Source of the DNA: Candidatus Rokuibacteriota bacterium
GTDB lineage: Bacteria > Methylomirabilota > Methylomirabilia > Rokubacteriales > CSP1-6
DNA length: 64,000 nucleotides
Assembly (NCBI GenBank): GCA_003220265.1
Contig: QHRW01000110.1
Span: 30,395 to 94,394, forward strand
Direction: 5' to 3'
Shown one piece after another: positions 19,394 to 28,110 of this stretch. The first letter of the stretch is position 1; every line of letters begins with the position of its first letter. The notes under the pieces were generated by a model. It was not told where the DNA came from. It saw only the letters and a program-made list of their open reading frames with translations, and searched no databases. Made by a program: the position numbers and the translations under genes.

Positions 19394-20824
19394 ATGATCG
19401 CCGTCGTGCCTCAGCGGTCCCGGACGAAATCGTGGCTGCTCCTCGTGCTGCTGCTCCTCTTCGTCGTCGTCGGCGGCGTCTCCTATCTCGGCTGGCGCCA
19501 GTCGGTGCCGCCCGTGCGCGCCACGCTGCAGGCGCCGCGCTTCCTCGGCCACACCACGTCGCTGCCGGTGGCATTCGAGGCGGCGCGCGGCAACGTGAAG
19601 CGCGCCGAGGTGCGCGTGGTGCAGGCCGGTCGTTCGGTCACGGTGGCCCGGGCCGAGACCCCGCTGGGCGCGCGCGTGCAGCTTCCGGTCACCATCGAGA
19701 GCACGGCGCTCGGTCTGAAGGAAGGCGCCGCCACGCTGGAGCTGTGGGGTAGCGACGATTTCTGGCGGCCGCTGCGGCCGCACGACCGCGCGATCGTCAG
19801 CCACCCCGTCACCGTCGACCTCACGCCGCCGCGGCTGGAGGTCCTCGCCTCCACCCGCTACGTCTCGCCGGGCGGCGCGGTCCTCGTCGCCTTCAAGGCC
19901 GGCGACGCCAGCCACGTGGACGTCACCGTGGGACGGCGCGCGTTCCCCAGCTTCGCGTACGGCCCCGCCGATCGCGGCGCCCGCGTGGCGCTGATCGCGC
20001 TGCCCTACGATTACACCTCCGGCACGCCGCTCGGCGTGACCGCGCGGGACGAGGCAGGCAACACGGCCAGCCGCAGCGTGCCCACCGAGCTCAAGCCGCG
20101 CGCCTTTCCGCACGACACCATCAAGCTCAGCGAGGCGTTCCTGCAGGCCAAGGTGCCGGAGCTCCTGCCGCAGCGGCCGCCCACCCAGTCGCTGATCGAG
20201 GGCTTCCTGGTCATCAACCGTGACCAGCGCAAGCAGGCCGAGGAGGAGAAGATCAAGATCGGCGCGAAGACGGCCGACAAGCCGCTGTGGAGCGGGCCGT
20301 TCGTGCAGCCGCGCAACACGAAGGTGTTCTCCAACTTCGCCGAGGCGCGCACCTACGTCTACGAGGGCCAGACGGTGGACACGCAGGTCCACGTCGGCTT
20401 CGATCTCGCCTCCACCAAGCACTCACCGGTGCCGGCCGCCAACAGCGGGCAGGTCGCCTTCACGGGCGCGCTGACGATCTACGGCAACACGGTCATCGTC
20501 GATCACGGCCTCGGCCTGCAGACGCTCTACGCGCACCTGTCGTCCATCGACGTCAAGCCCGGCGACACCGTCGAGAAGGGCCACGTGCTCGGCCGCAGCG
20601 GCACCACCGGGCTCGCCGTCGGCGACCACGTGCACTTCGAAGTGCTCGTCTCCGGCGTGTCGGTGACCCCCGTCGAGTGGTGGGACGGCAAGTGGATCCG
20701 CGACCGCGTCAACAAGCCGCTGAAGGAGGCGGGCCTGCCCGAGATCGCCGGCGTCGGCGAAGTGCCGGACGAGCCCGTCGCGCGCCCGGCCGCCGCTCCG
20801 CGTCCCACCCGCCGCCGCCGCTAG
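19394..20824 (+). CDS. M23/LytM-family metallopeptidase with N-terminal membrane anchor
   Basis: LytM motifs HxGxD (HVGFD) and HxH (HVHFE) are present. The N-terminus is hydrophobic (WLLLVLLLLFVVVGG). Start taken at the in-frame ATG at 19394. Confidence 0.8.
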   Translation: MIAVVPQRSRTKSWLLLVLLLLFVVVGGVSYLGWRQSVPPVRATLQAPRFLGHTTSLPVAFEAARGNVKRAEVRVVQAGRSVTVARAETPLGARVQLPVTIESTALGLKEGAATLELWGSDDFWRPLRPHDRAIVSHPVTVDLTPPRLEVLASTRYVSPGGAVLVAFKAGDASHVDVTVGRRAFPSFAYGPADRGARVALIALPYDYTSGTPLGVTARDEAGNTASRSVPTELKPRAFPHDTIKLSEAFLQAKVPELLPQRPPTQSLIEGFLVINRDQRKQAEEEKIKIGAKTADKPLWSGPFVQPRNTKVFSNFAEARTYVYEGQTVDTQVHVGFDLASTKHSPVPAANSGQVAFTGALTIYGNTVIVDHGLGLQTLYAHLSSIDVKPGDTVEKGHVLGRSGTTGLAVGDHVHFEVLVSGVSVTPVEWWDGKWIRDRVNKPLKEAGLPEIAGVGEVPDEPVARPAAAPRPTRRRR

Positions 20825-20853
20825 TTCCGCCGCCGATCGGAATCGGAGGCCGT

Positions 20854-21519
20854 TCAGAACGCGCCGAACTTCTGGTAGGCCTCCAGCGGCGTCATCCCGC
20901 GCTTGACGGCCGTGCGCACCTTGTTCTCGGTGCCGAGCAACCGCTCGCAGCGCTGCAGGACCTCGGCGGCCGCGCGCCGCGGGACCACCACGACGCCGTC
21001 GAGGTCGCCCACCACGATGTCGCCCAGGCTCACCCGCACGCCGCCGATCGTCAGGGGCTGGCCCCAGTCGCTCACCCGCCAGCGGGGCACCGAGTCCTGC
21101 GGCGTGCGGTAGCGCACGAACGTGGGGAACTTCACGCGGGCGATGGAGGCGGCGTCGCGCGTGCTGCCGTCGATCACAGCGCCGCGGACGCGGCGGGCGC
21201 GAAAGCATTCGGCCGACAGCTCGCCGAAATGCGCGGCCTCGTTGTCGTTGGCCGCCAGCACCAGCACGGAGTCCGCCGGCACTGCGCCCAGCATGCCGAG
21301 GAAGCGCCGCAGCGTGGCGTCGCGCTCGCGCGGCTTGCCCCGATGCGGGCGGCCGCGCGCGGTGAAGGCGTAGCCGGCCAGCCGCATCTCCGGCGTCAGC
21401 GGCTGGATGGCGTGGGGCAGCGTCTGGCGCAGGAGCCCCATTTCGTCCATCACGTCGGTGATCGCAGCAGTATAAATACGGGCGAAGCGCCGCGGAAGGT
21501 TGTCGGATCGCGTGGCCAT
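20854..21519 (-). CDS. RraA-family protein (RNase E regulator / 4-hydroxy-4-methyl-2-oxoglutarate aldolase family)
   Basis: RraA/MenG-like fold with similarity from MATRSDNLPRRFARIYTAAITDVMDEMGL onward. GGGGG ribosome-binding site. Confidence 0.8.
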   Translation of the reverse strand: MATRSDNLPRRFARIYTAAITDVMDEMGLLRQTLPHAIQPLTPEMRLAGYAFTARGRPHRGKPRERDATLRRFLGMLGAVPADSVLVLAANDNEAAHFGELSAECFRARRVRGAVIDGSTRDAASIARVKFPTFVRYRTPQDSVPRWRVSDWGQPLTIGGVRVSLGDIVVGDLDGVVVVPRRAAAEVLQRCERLLGTENKVRTAVKRGMTPLEAYQKFGAF

Positions 21520-21595
21520 TACGCCCCCTTGGGTCTGAGGTGACCGCGCCCTAACACCTACACCGGCGGTCACGGCCGCGACAAGGCCCCCCCCG

Positions 21596-22765
21596 ATGAC
21601 GAGGGCCGCCGCCCTTTCGGAATTCGGCGGTATGCGTCTTGCTCCCCAGCGGCTTGACCGACCTCTCGGGGAAACGTGGATGTCAATCGGATCGCTGGTG
21701 CTCGCCGTCCTCTGCGCCGCGGGGGCGGGCTTGCTCTGGCGACGGCGCGCCGACGATCCGCCGACCGACTGGCCCCTGCGGGCCGCCAGAACTATCGGTC
21801 CCATCCAAGGCGAGCCCGCCGGCCCCGCCTCGCCACGCTTCTCGGTCATCGTGCCCACCTATAACCGGGGCCGCGTCCTGATGGAGGCGATCGAGAGCGT
21901 GCTGGCCCAGCGGGCCGGCGACTTCGAGCTCATCGTGGTGGACGACGGCTCGATCGACGACACCGGGGAGCGCCTGAGGCGGATCCACGACCGCCGGCTG
22001 CGCCGCCTGGGTCTGCCGCACCGCGGCGTGGCGGCGGCGCGCAACGCCGGGATCGCCGCCAGCTCCGGGGCGCTGGTGTCGTTTCTCGACTCCGACGACC
22101 TCTGGAAGCCGGACAAGCTCGAGCGCGAGGCGGACTTCCTGGCCCGCCACCCGGGAGTCGGGGCGGTCTTCAGCGACCTCGAAAAGCACGACGGCCCCCG
22201 CTTCGCACCGTCCTTCATGCGGACGACGGAGGTCTTCTCGCCGCGGCTGCGCGAGGGCGGGCCGGCCGAGATGGTGCTGGGCGCCCGAGAGATGTACCTC
22301 TGGCTGCTCCAGGAGGCCATCGTCAAGACGCCGGCGCTCACGGTGCGCCGCCGGCTGCTCGAGTCGGTGGGCGGATTCGACGTGCGCTGGCGCAGCTCCG
22401 AAGACTGGGAGCTCCTGCTCCGGCTGGCCCAGGCGACGCCGTTCGGCTACATCGATCGCCCCCTGGCGGTCATCCGCGTCTCGCCCGATTCGCTCCACCG
22501 CGTCGAGCAGGCGCGCGGCGACCGGCTCATGCTGCAACTCCTTGCAGCCTACCGCCGGGCCGCCGGCGACCGAGAGGTTCGCGCGGCAGCGCGCCGGGGA
22601 ATCTTCAACCGTGCGCGACACCTGTCGTGGCACCACCTCGACGCGGGCCGCCGGGGGGCGGCGGCCGCCGCCTGCTTGCGCTGGGGACTGGCGCTGCCGA
22701 GCTCCGGGCTCTTGCTGCGCGCCGCCGCCGGCCTGGTGCGGCCCTCCTCCCGGCGCGCGGCGTGA
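21596..22765 (+). CDS. family-2 glycosyltransferase
   Basis: The GT-A signatures FSVIVPTYNR and DDGSxD are present, with a DxD-like region. The N-terminal start could instead be the internal MSIGSLVLAV (TM helix). Confidence 0.75.
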   Translation: MTRAAALSEFGGMRLAPQRLDRPLGETWMSIGSLVLAVLCAAGAGLLWRRRADDPPTDWPLRAARTIGPIQGEPAGPASPRFSVIVPTYNRGRVLMEAIESVLAQRAGDFELIVVDDGSIDDTGERLRRIHDRRLRRLGLPHRGVAAARNAGIAASSGALVSFLDSDDLWKPDKLEREADFLARHPGVGAVFSDLEKHDGPRFAPSFMRTTEVFSPRLREGGPAEMVLGAREMYLWLLQEAIVKTPALTVRRRLLESVGGFDVRWRSSEDWELLLRLAQATPFGYIDRPLAVIRVSPDSLHRVEQARGDRLMLQLLAAYRRAAGDREVRAAARRGIFNRARHLSWHHLDAGRRGAAAAACLRWGLALPSSGLLLRAAAGLVRPSSRRAA

Positions 22766-23610
22766 GCCTGCTGTCACGGCTGCTGCGCCTCGCCTACGGG
22801 CGGTACGTGCCGGAGCCCGTCCGCAACGCGCTCCGCCTGAATCTCGTGCTCGTGCAGCGCGACCGCGAGCCGATCCGCACGGCCCCGCCCACCGGACGCA
22901 TCGTCGTCCTGGCCCCGCACATGGACGACGAGGTCTTCGGCTGCGGCGGCACCCTGGCGAAGACGGCGGCGGCCGGTGGCGACGTCACCGTGATCTTCAT
23001 GACGGACGGCCGCAAGGGCTACGCCGCCGATGCCGTGCGCGGCCGCTCCGGCGCCGAGATCGAGGCCTGGGAAGCCCGGTTGAGTGAAACCCGCAAGGAG
23101 GAGTCTCGCCGCGCGGCCAAGTTCCTCGGCTATCGCGACGCCCTGTACCTGGATCTGCCCGACGGCGCGCTCGCCTGCACGCCCGGCGCCGTCGGCCGTC
23201 TCGCCAGCGCGCTACGGACCCTGCAACCCGACGCGATCTTCCTGCCGTTCCTGACCGACATCCACCACGATCACTGGCTGACCAACGTGGTGTTCGCGGA
23301 AGCGGCGGCGGCCGCCGCGCTGCGCTCCGACATCACGTGCTGGGGCTACGAGGTCTGGATCCCGGCGCCGGCCAATGTCGTCGTCGACGTCACCGACGTG
23401 TTCGACCGGAAGGAGCGCGCCATGCGGGAGTTCGCCAGCCAGAGCGAGTACGAGTACCAGCGCGCGATGGTGGCGCTGAACACGTACCGCTCGCTCTTCA
23501 CGGCGCGCGGCGCCGGCTTCGCCGAGGGGTTCTACACCGCCTCGCTCCCGATCTACCTCGGCCTCTATCGCGCCGCCGCCGTGGGTCACCGCCGCGCGGC
23601 CGAGCGTTGA
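22762..23610 (+). CDS. PIG-L/LmbE-family N-acetylglucosaminyl deacetylase
   Basis: The hallmark motif LAPHMDDEVFGCGGT is present. The GTG start overlaps the GT2 stop (GTGA). Confidence 0.8.
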   Translation: MSLLSRLLRLAYGRYVPEPVRNALRLNLVLVQRDREPIRTAPPTGRIVVLAPHMDDEVFGCGGTLAKTAAAGGDVTVIFMTDGRKGYAADAVRGRSGAEIEAWEARLSETRKEESRRAAKFLGYRDALYLDLPDGALACTPGAVGRLASALRTLQPDAIFLPFLTDIHHDHWLTNVVFAEAAAAAALRSDITCWGYEVWIPAPANVVVDVTDVFDRKERAMREFASQSEYEYQRAMVALNTYRSLFTARGAGFAEGFYTASLPIYLGLYRAAAVGHRRAAER

Positions 23611-23642
23611 CCCTGACCGCCCGGCGCTGTTACGGTCGGCTC

Positions 23643-24449
23643 ATGCGAAATCTCTGCTCCACCTGTGTGCTCGCGCTGCTGCTGCTCGTGACGCCGGCGG
23701 TCGAGGCCGGCTGGATCATCGTCGACGAGGGCGGTCATCAGACCTCGCTCTCGCGCGGACGAATGAAGATGTCGCCCAAGGAAGCGCAGGGCGTGTCGAT
23801 GGTGCTCGACATCGGCCGCGCGCGCATGTGGGTGGCCGACGCCGGGCGCCGCACCTACTGGGAGGGCACCGTCGAGGAGTATTGCCAGGCGATGCGCACC
23901 ACCATGGCCGGCGCCATGGCCGACATGGAAAAGCAGATGGCCGAGTCGATGAAGGACATGCCGCCGGCCCAGCGCGAGCAGATGCAGCAGATGATGAAGA
24001 ACATGCGCGGCGGCGGCGCGCCGGCAGGGCCGCCGCCGGCCGTCACGATCGAGAAGACCGGCGAGACGGAGAAGATCGCCGGCCTCACGGCGCGCAAGTT
24101 CCGCGTGCTCAGCAACGGCAAGCTCTACGAGGAGATGTGGCTGACGACGGACCCGGCGCTCCTGCGCGAGCTGGAGATGACGAAGGCCCCCGACACGTTC
24201 GGCCGGATGTCAGGCTGCATGGCGGCCATGGCCGGCGGGCCGCGGCCCGAGGCGAGCGACGAGTTTCGCAAGCTCTACGCCGAGGGCTGGCCGCTCAAGG
24301 TCATCTATCACGGCGAGACCGGCGGGGGCCCCGCCGGCACCACGGTCACGAAGGTCGAGCAGCGCAACATCTCCGAAGCGGAGTTCACGCCGCCGACGGG
24401 CTACAAGAGCGCGCCGCTCAGCGAGGTGTTCGGAACCCAGCGCCGCTGA
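23643..24449 (+). CDS. secreted hypothetical protein with Met-rich segment
   Basis: Signal peptide MRNLCSTCVLALLLLVTPAVEA. A Met-rich stretch (MAGAMADMEKQMAESMKDMPPAQREQMQQMMKNM) is reminiscent of periplasmic Cu/metal-binding proteins. No confident family assignment. Confidence 0.6.
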   Translation: MRNLCSTCVLALLLLVTPAVEAGWIIVDEGGHQTSLSRGRMKMSPKEAQGVSMVLDIGRARMWVADAGRRTYWEGTVEEYCQAMRTTMAGAMADMEKQMAESMKDMPPAQREQMQQMMKNMRGGGAPAGPPPAVTIEKTGETEKIAGLTARKFRVLSNGKLYEEMWLTTDPALLRELEMTKAPDTFGRMSGCMAAMAGGPRPEASDEFRKLYAEGWPLKVIYHGETGGGPAGTTVTKVEQRNISEAEFTPPTGYKSAPLSEVFGTQRR

Positions 24450-25719
24450 CGGCGCTCGCCAGCGCGCGCGGCGGCACGTAGTCGCCGAAGACGCCGAGCA
24501 GCGCGTCGAGCGCGCCCGGCCGGCGCGCGAGCGCGCGGCACGTCCAGTTCGCCAGCCGGCGGTGGGCGATCACCGTTTGCAGCGCGCGCGTCACCCGCTG
24601 CTTGCCGGCGAAGGCGGCGCGGCGCGCCCGCTCGTAGGCGGCCAGCGCCGCCGCCGACACGTCGCCCGCGCGCAGCGCGCGTACGACGGTCTCCGCCGCC
24701 AGCTCGGCCGACCGCAGCGCGGTGAACACCCCCTCGCCCGTGAACGGATCGTAGAAGCCGGCCGCGTCGCCCACCAGCAGCACGCCGCCGGCCCGCGGCG
24801 GCGTCACGCGGTGGGCCAGCGGGCCCAGCGCGCGCACCGGCGCCACGCGCTCGGCGCCCGCCAGGCGGCGCGCGAGGTGCGGAAGCTGGCGCACGCGCGC
24901 GGTCATGAAATCCTCGAGCCGCCGGCTCCACGGCGCCGCGTGGGCGAGCGGCACCACCACCGAGAGGTTCACGCGCTCGGGGCCGAGCGGGTTCAGGATC
25001 GCGTAGTCCGGCGGGTCCACGAAGATCTCGCCGAGCTCGCGGCACTCGGGCACGCCGCGCACGTACGTGGCCAGCGCCAGGCGCTGGAGCGCGTGCGGGC
25101 TGCGGCAGCCCAGTCGCTGCGCCACGATCGAGTGGCGGCCATCGGCGCCGACCACGACCGGCGCGCGGACCTCCAGCGGGCGCTGCTCGCGGTCCTCGGC
25201 GCGCACGCCCACCACCTGGCCGCCCTCGACGAGGACGTCCGTCACGCGCGTCTCCTCGCGCAGGTCCAGCGGCAGGCTGCGCACGCGATCCACCAGCGCG
25301 CCGTCGAGCGTCTCGCGCGCCACGCCCATCGCGTGCTGGCGGTACGGACGGAACTCGCCGAACGGCCGGTAGCGGCCGACCACGCTGGTGCCGTCGGGCG
25401 CGGTGATACGCATGCCGGCCAGCGCCGCCGCCCCGGCCGCGTCCAGCGCCTTGAGCACGCCGAGCCGGTCGAGCACGCGCGCGGCCTCGGGGCTCAGGTA
25501 CTCGCCGCAGATCTTTTCGCGCGGCAGCGCGGCGCGGTCGAGGACGACCACGTCGAGCCCGTGCTCTGCGAGCAGGATCGCGATCGCAGCGCCGGCGGGC
25601 CCGGCGCCGACGACGACCACGTCCGCATGACGGGGGGCCCCGACATGGCCCCCCGGACCCCCCAATGCTCGGAGCGCCCCGGGGAACCCGTGGCGCTCCT
25701 CGGTCACCCGGCCGCTCAT
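24418..25719 (-). CDS. FAD-dependent oxidoreductase (geranylgeranyl-reductase/flavin monooxygenase-like)
   Basis: The motifs DVVVVGAGPAG, GADGRHS and GDAAGF are present. The N-terminal 30 aa overlap a palindromic repeat element, so the true start may be the downstream GTG at the VVVVG motif. Confidence 0.8.
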   Translation of the reverse strand: MSGRVTEERHGFPGALRALGGPGGHVGAPRHADVVVVGAGPAGAAIAILLAEHGLDVVVLDRAALPREKICGEYLSPEAARVLDRLGVLKALDAAGAAALAGMRITAPDGTSVVGRYRPFGEFRPYRQHAMGVARETLDGALVDRVRSLPLDLREETRVTDVLVEGGQVVGVRAEDREQRPLEVRAPVVVGADGRHSIVAQRLGCRSPHALQRLALATYVRGVPECRELGEIFVDPPDYAILNPLGPERVNLSVVVPLAHAAPWSRRLEDFMTARVRQLPHLARRLAGAERVAPVRALGPLAHRVTPPRAGGVLLVGDAAGFYDPFTGEGVFTALRSAELAAETVVRALRAGDVSAAALAAYERARRAAFAGKQRVTRALQTVIAHRRLANWTCRALARRPGALDALLGVFGDYVPPRALASAVSGAGFRTPR

Positions 25720-26411
25720 CGGATCTCCGCCACCAGGCGGCCGAGCCCCGGGTAGCGCGTGATGACGGCACGGCGGCCGGCCTTCTCGGCGAGCACGGCC
25801 AGCTCGCCGGGCGACCAGGCGCGACGGACGGACACGGGACCGTCGTGGCGCGACACGGGGTGCAAACGCAGGACGCGCGTGGCCAGCCACACGAGCGCGA
25901 GCGTCAGCGGCGTGCGCAGCAGGTCGTTCACCAGCACGAGCGGGGCGGCCGCCGCCATCTGCGCCAGGCACGCCACCACGGCGTCGCGGTCGAGGTGGTG
26001 CAGCGTCAGCGCGCTCACGGCCACCTCCGCGCTGCACTCGCGCAGCGGCAGCGCGGCGGCGTCGGCCTGCACGAGGACGATCTCGGGATAGGCCGACGTG
26101 CGGCGGCGGGCCACCGCGAGCGTGGCGGCGTCGCTGTCGACGACGACGACGCGCACGGGCCGCCCGGCCCGCCGCGCCCAGCGCACGACGTTGACGGCGA
26201 AATCGCCGCGCCCGCCGCCGACGTCCACCACACGCAGGCGCGCCCCGCGCGGCAGCGCGGCCGCGACGCGGCGCAGCCGCCGCAGCGTGAGGGCGTAGCC
26301 GCCGAACCACGCGTTGAGGAAGTCGAGATCGTCGAGCGTGGCGTCCAGCTCGGCCGGCGCCAGCGGCCCGTCCATCCGCTCCCGCGCGTCCGCATCGCGC
26401 TGAATCACCAT
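25716..26411 (-). CDS. class I SAM-dependent methyltransferase
   Basis: SAM-binding motif I VVDVGGGRGDF. The stop overlaps the oxidoreductase ATG (ATGA). Confidence 0.8.
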   Translation of the reverse strand: MVIQRDADARERMDGPLAPAELDATLDDLDFLNAWFGGYALTLRRLRRVAAALPRGARLRVVDVGGGRGDFAVNVVRWARRAGRPVRVVVVDSDAATLAVARRRTSAYPEIVLVQADAAALPLRECSAEVAVSALTLHHLDRDAVVACLAQMAAAAPLVLVNDLLRTPLTLALVWLATRVLRLHPVSRHDGPVSVRRAWSPGELAVLAEKAGRRAVITRYPGLGRLVAEIR

Positions 26412-26417
26412 CTCAGG

Positions 26418-26488
26418 CTCGCCTCGCCTGCGGCTGCGGCTCGCACGACTCTTCGCAGACTCGCCTCGCCTGCGGCTGCGGCTCGCAC
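26418..26488. repeat. perfect 29-bp direct repeat (ctcgcctcgcctgcggctgcggctcgcac) x2, 13-bp spacer, in the type III PKS to methyltransferase intergenic region
   Basis: Read directly from the sequence at 26418-26446 and 26460-26488. The second copy ends at the PKS stop codon. Confidence 0.7.
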
Positions 26489-27513
26489 TACCATCTCAGC
26501 AGCGCCCCCTCGGCCGCGAAGCCGGGGCCGAGGCCGACGAGCAGGCCCCACTCGCCGGGCACGGGCGTTTCGTGCTGGAGCATGTGCTCGAGCACGAACA
26601 GGATGGTGGCGGACGACATGTTGCCGAACTCCTTGAGCACGGCGCGCGCGTGGGTCAGCGCGGACTCGTCCACGCCCAGCAGCACGCGCGCTCGATCGAG
26701 CACGCGGCGGCCGGCGGAGTGCAAGACGAAGTAGCGGATGTCCTCGCGCTTGAGCCCCTGCGCGTCCATGAGCGCGCGCGCCATCTCGGCCATCATGCCG
26801 GCACCGATACGGCGGACGTCCTTGGACAGGGTCACGCGCGGACGGCCGCCCGGGTACTCGAAGCCCATGGCGTCGAGGTGCTCGGACCGGAAGCGCGTGC
26901 GGTGCTCGAGAATGGCCGGCCCGTGGCCGTCGCCCGCCAGCGCGAGCGCGCCGGCGCCGTCGGCGAAGATCGCGTGAGCGACCGCGCTCTCCAGCCGGTC
27001 GTCGAGGAAGTACGCGGCCGAGCAGATCTCCACGGCCACCACCAGCGCGCGGTGGCCGGGAAACGCGCGCACGTGGTTCCACGCCTGTTGCAGCGCGACG
27101 ACGGCCGAGGCGCACCCGGTGTCGCCCACGTGCACGCGCTGCACGTCGGGCCGGCAGCCGAGGCGCGCGATGAGATGGGCATCCAGGCTCGGCGTCATGC
27201 GGCCCGTGCACGTGGTGGTGGCGAGGAAATCGACGGCGTCCACGTCCCAGCCCGCGCGGGCCAGCGCCGCGCGCGCGGCCCGCTCGCCCAGCTCGAGGGC
27301 CCCGCGCCGGAAGCGCGCGCTCAGCTCGTCGACGGACTCGTCCGGATGAAACGTTTCGCGGTCGATGAACAGATGCCGGCCCGCGATGTCGCTGGCCTCG
27401 AAGAAGCCCCGCCGGCGCGTGTCGTCGTAGCCGGCCATCCGCAGCAGCTCCGACTGCGTGAAGCGCTGGGCGGGCGTGGCGGTCGCGACGGCCGCGATCC
27501 GGGGCAGCTCCAT
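26488..27513 (-). CDS. type III polyketide synthase (chalcone/stilbene synthase family)
   Basis: The Cys-His-Asn triad context is present (TTTCTGRMTPS, VLHSAGRRVLD, KEFGNMSSATILFVL). Strong AAGGAGA ribosome-binding site. 341 aa. Confidence 0.85.
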   Translation of the reverse strand: MELPRIAAVATATPAQRFTQSELLRMAGYDDTRRRGFFEASDIAGRHLFIDRETFHPDESVDELSARFRRGALELGERAARAALARAGWDVDAVDFLATTTCTGRMTPSLDAHLIARLGCRPDVQRVHVGDTGCASAVVALQQAWNHVRAFPGHRALVVAVEICSAAYFLDDRLESAVAHAIFADGAGALALAGDGHGPAILEHRTRFRSEHLDAMGFEYPGGRPRVTLSKDVRRIGAGMMAEMARALMDAQGLKREDIRYFVLHSAGRRVLDRARVLLGVDESALTHARAVLKEFGNMSSATILFVLEHMLQHETPVPGEWGLLVGLGPGFAAEGALLRW

Positions 27514-27578
27514 CAGGTCTCCTTGGTCGGCTTCGCGTAAGATGAGCGCACTTCGAGGATACTGCGAGGGTCCCACCC

Positions 27579-28106
27579 ATGCCACTGTTCAGCTTCGAGG
27601 GCAAACATCCGCGCGTGCACCCCTCCGCGTTCATCGCGCCGACGGCCGTCGTCGTCGGCGACGTGACGATCGAGGAGCGCGCCTCCGTCTGGTACAACGC
27701 CGTCGTGCGCGCGGACTTCCAGCCGATCGTCGTGCGGCGCGGCGCCAACGTGCAGGACTGCGCGGTCGTGCACGTCAACGGCGCCCAGGGCGTCGAGGTG
27801 GGGCCGGGCGCCACCATCGGCCACAACTGCACGGTGCACGCGGCGTGGCTGGGCGAGGAATGCCTTGTCGGGAACGGCTCCACCGTGCTCGACGGCGCCC
27901 GCATCGGCGTGCGCGCGATGGTGGCGGGCGGCGCGCTGGTGACGCCGGGCACGGAGGTGCCCGACGGCATGCTGGCCATGGGCGCGCCCGCGAAGGTGCG
28001 CGGGCCGCTCGCGGGCACGCCGGCCGAGCGCTGGGTGCAGGTGAACCCGGAGGCGTACCAGGCCCTGGCGCAGCGTCACAAGGCCGGCATCGCCCTGATC
28101 GGGTAG
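27579..28106 (+). CDS. gamma-class carbonic anhydrase family protein (hexapeptide-repeat, YrdA/PaaY-like)
   Basis: Left-handed beta-helix hexapeptide repeats. Typical gamma-CA N-terminus MPLFSFEGKHPRVHPSAFIAPTAVVVGDVTIEE. Confidence 0.85.
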   Translation: MPLFSFEGKHPRVHPSAFIAPTAVVVGDVTIEERASVWYNAVVRADFQPIVVRRGANVQDCAVVHVNGAQGVEVGPGATIGHNCTVHAAWLGEECLVGNGSTVLDGARIGVRAMVAGGALVTPGTEVPDGMLAMGAPAKVRGPLAGTPAERWVQVNPEAYQALAQRHKAGIALIG

Positions 28107-28110
28107 CGCC

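Noticed and set aside
14433-19752. Plus-strand ORFs 14433..16193, 16145..17530 and 17725..19752
   Set aside because: They are antisense to nuoN, nuoM and nuoL, which have unambiguous membrane-protein homology. Their composition is Arg/His/Gly/Glu-rich low complexity.
20825-20853. Bidirectional terminator between the convergent M23 peptidase and RraA genes
   Set aside because: The 29-bp gap contains the short palindrome ccgatcgg, but I could not derive a convincing stem-loop by eye.
20287-21543. Plus-strand ORF 20287..21543 (418 aa)
   Set aside because: It overlaps the 3' half of the M23 peptidase and is antisense to the RraA gene. It has no family resemblance and is Arg/Gly/Ala-rich.
24401-28018. 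Minus-strand Arg-rich ORFs 24401..25771 and 26405..28018, and plus ORF 24562..25755
   Set aside because: They overlap the PKS / methyltransferase / FAD-oxidoreductase genes in alternative frames. The repeat seen in 26405..28018 (…AAAAGEASLRRVVRAAAAGEASLRW) is just the translated 29-bp intergenic direct repeat.
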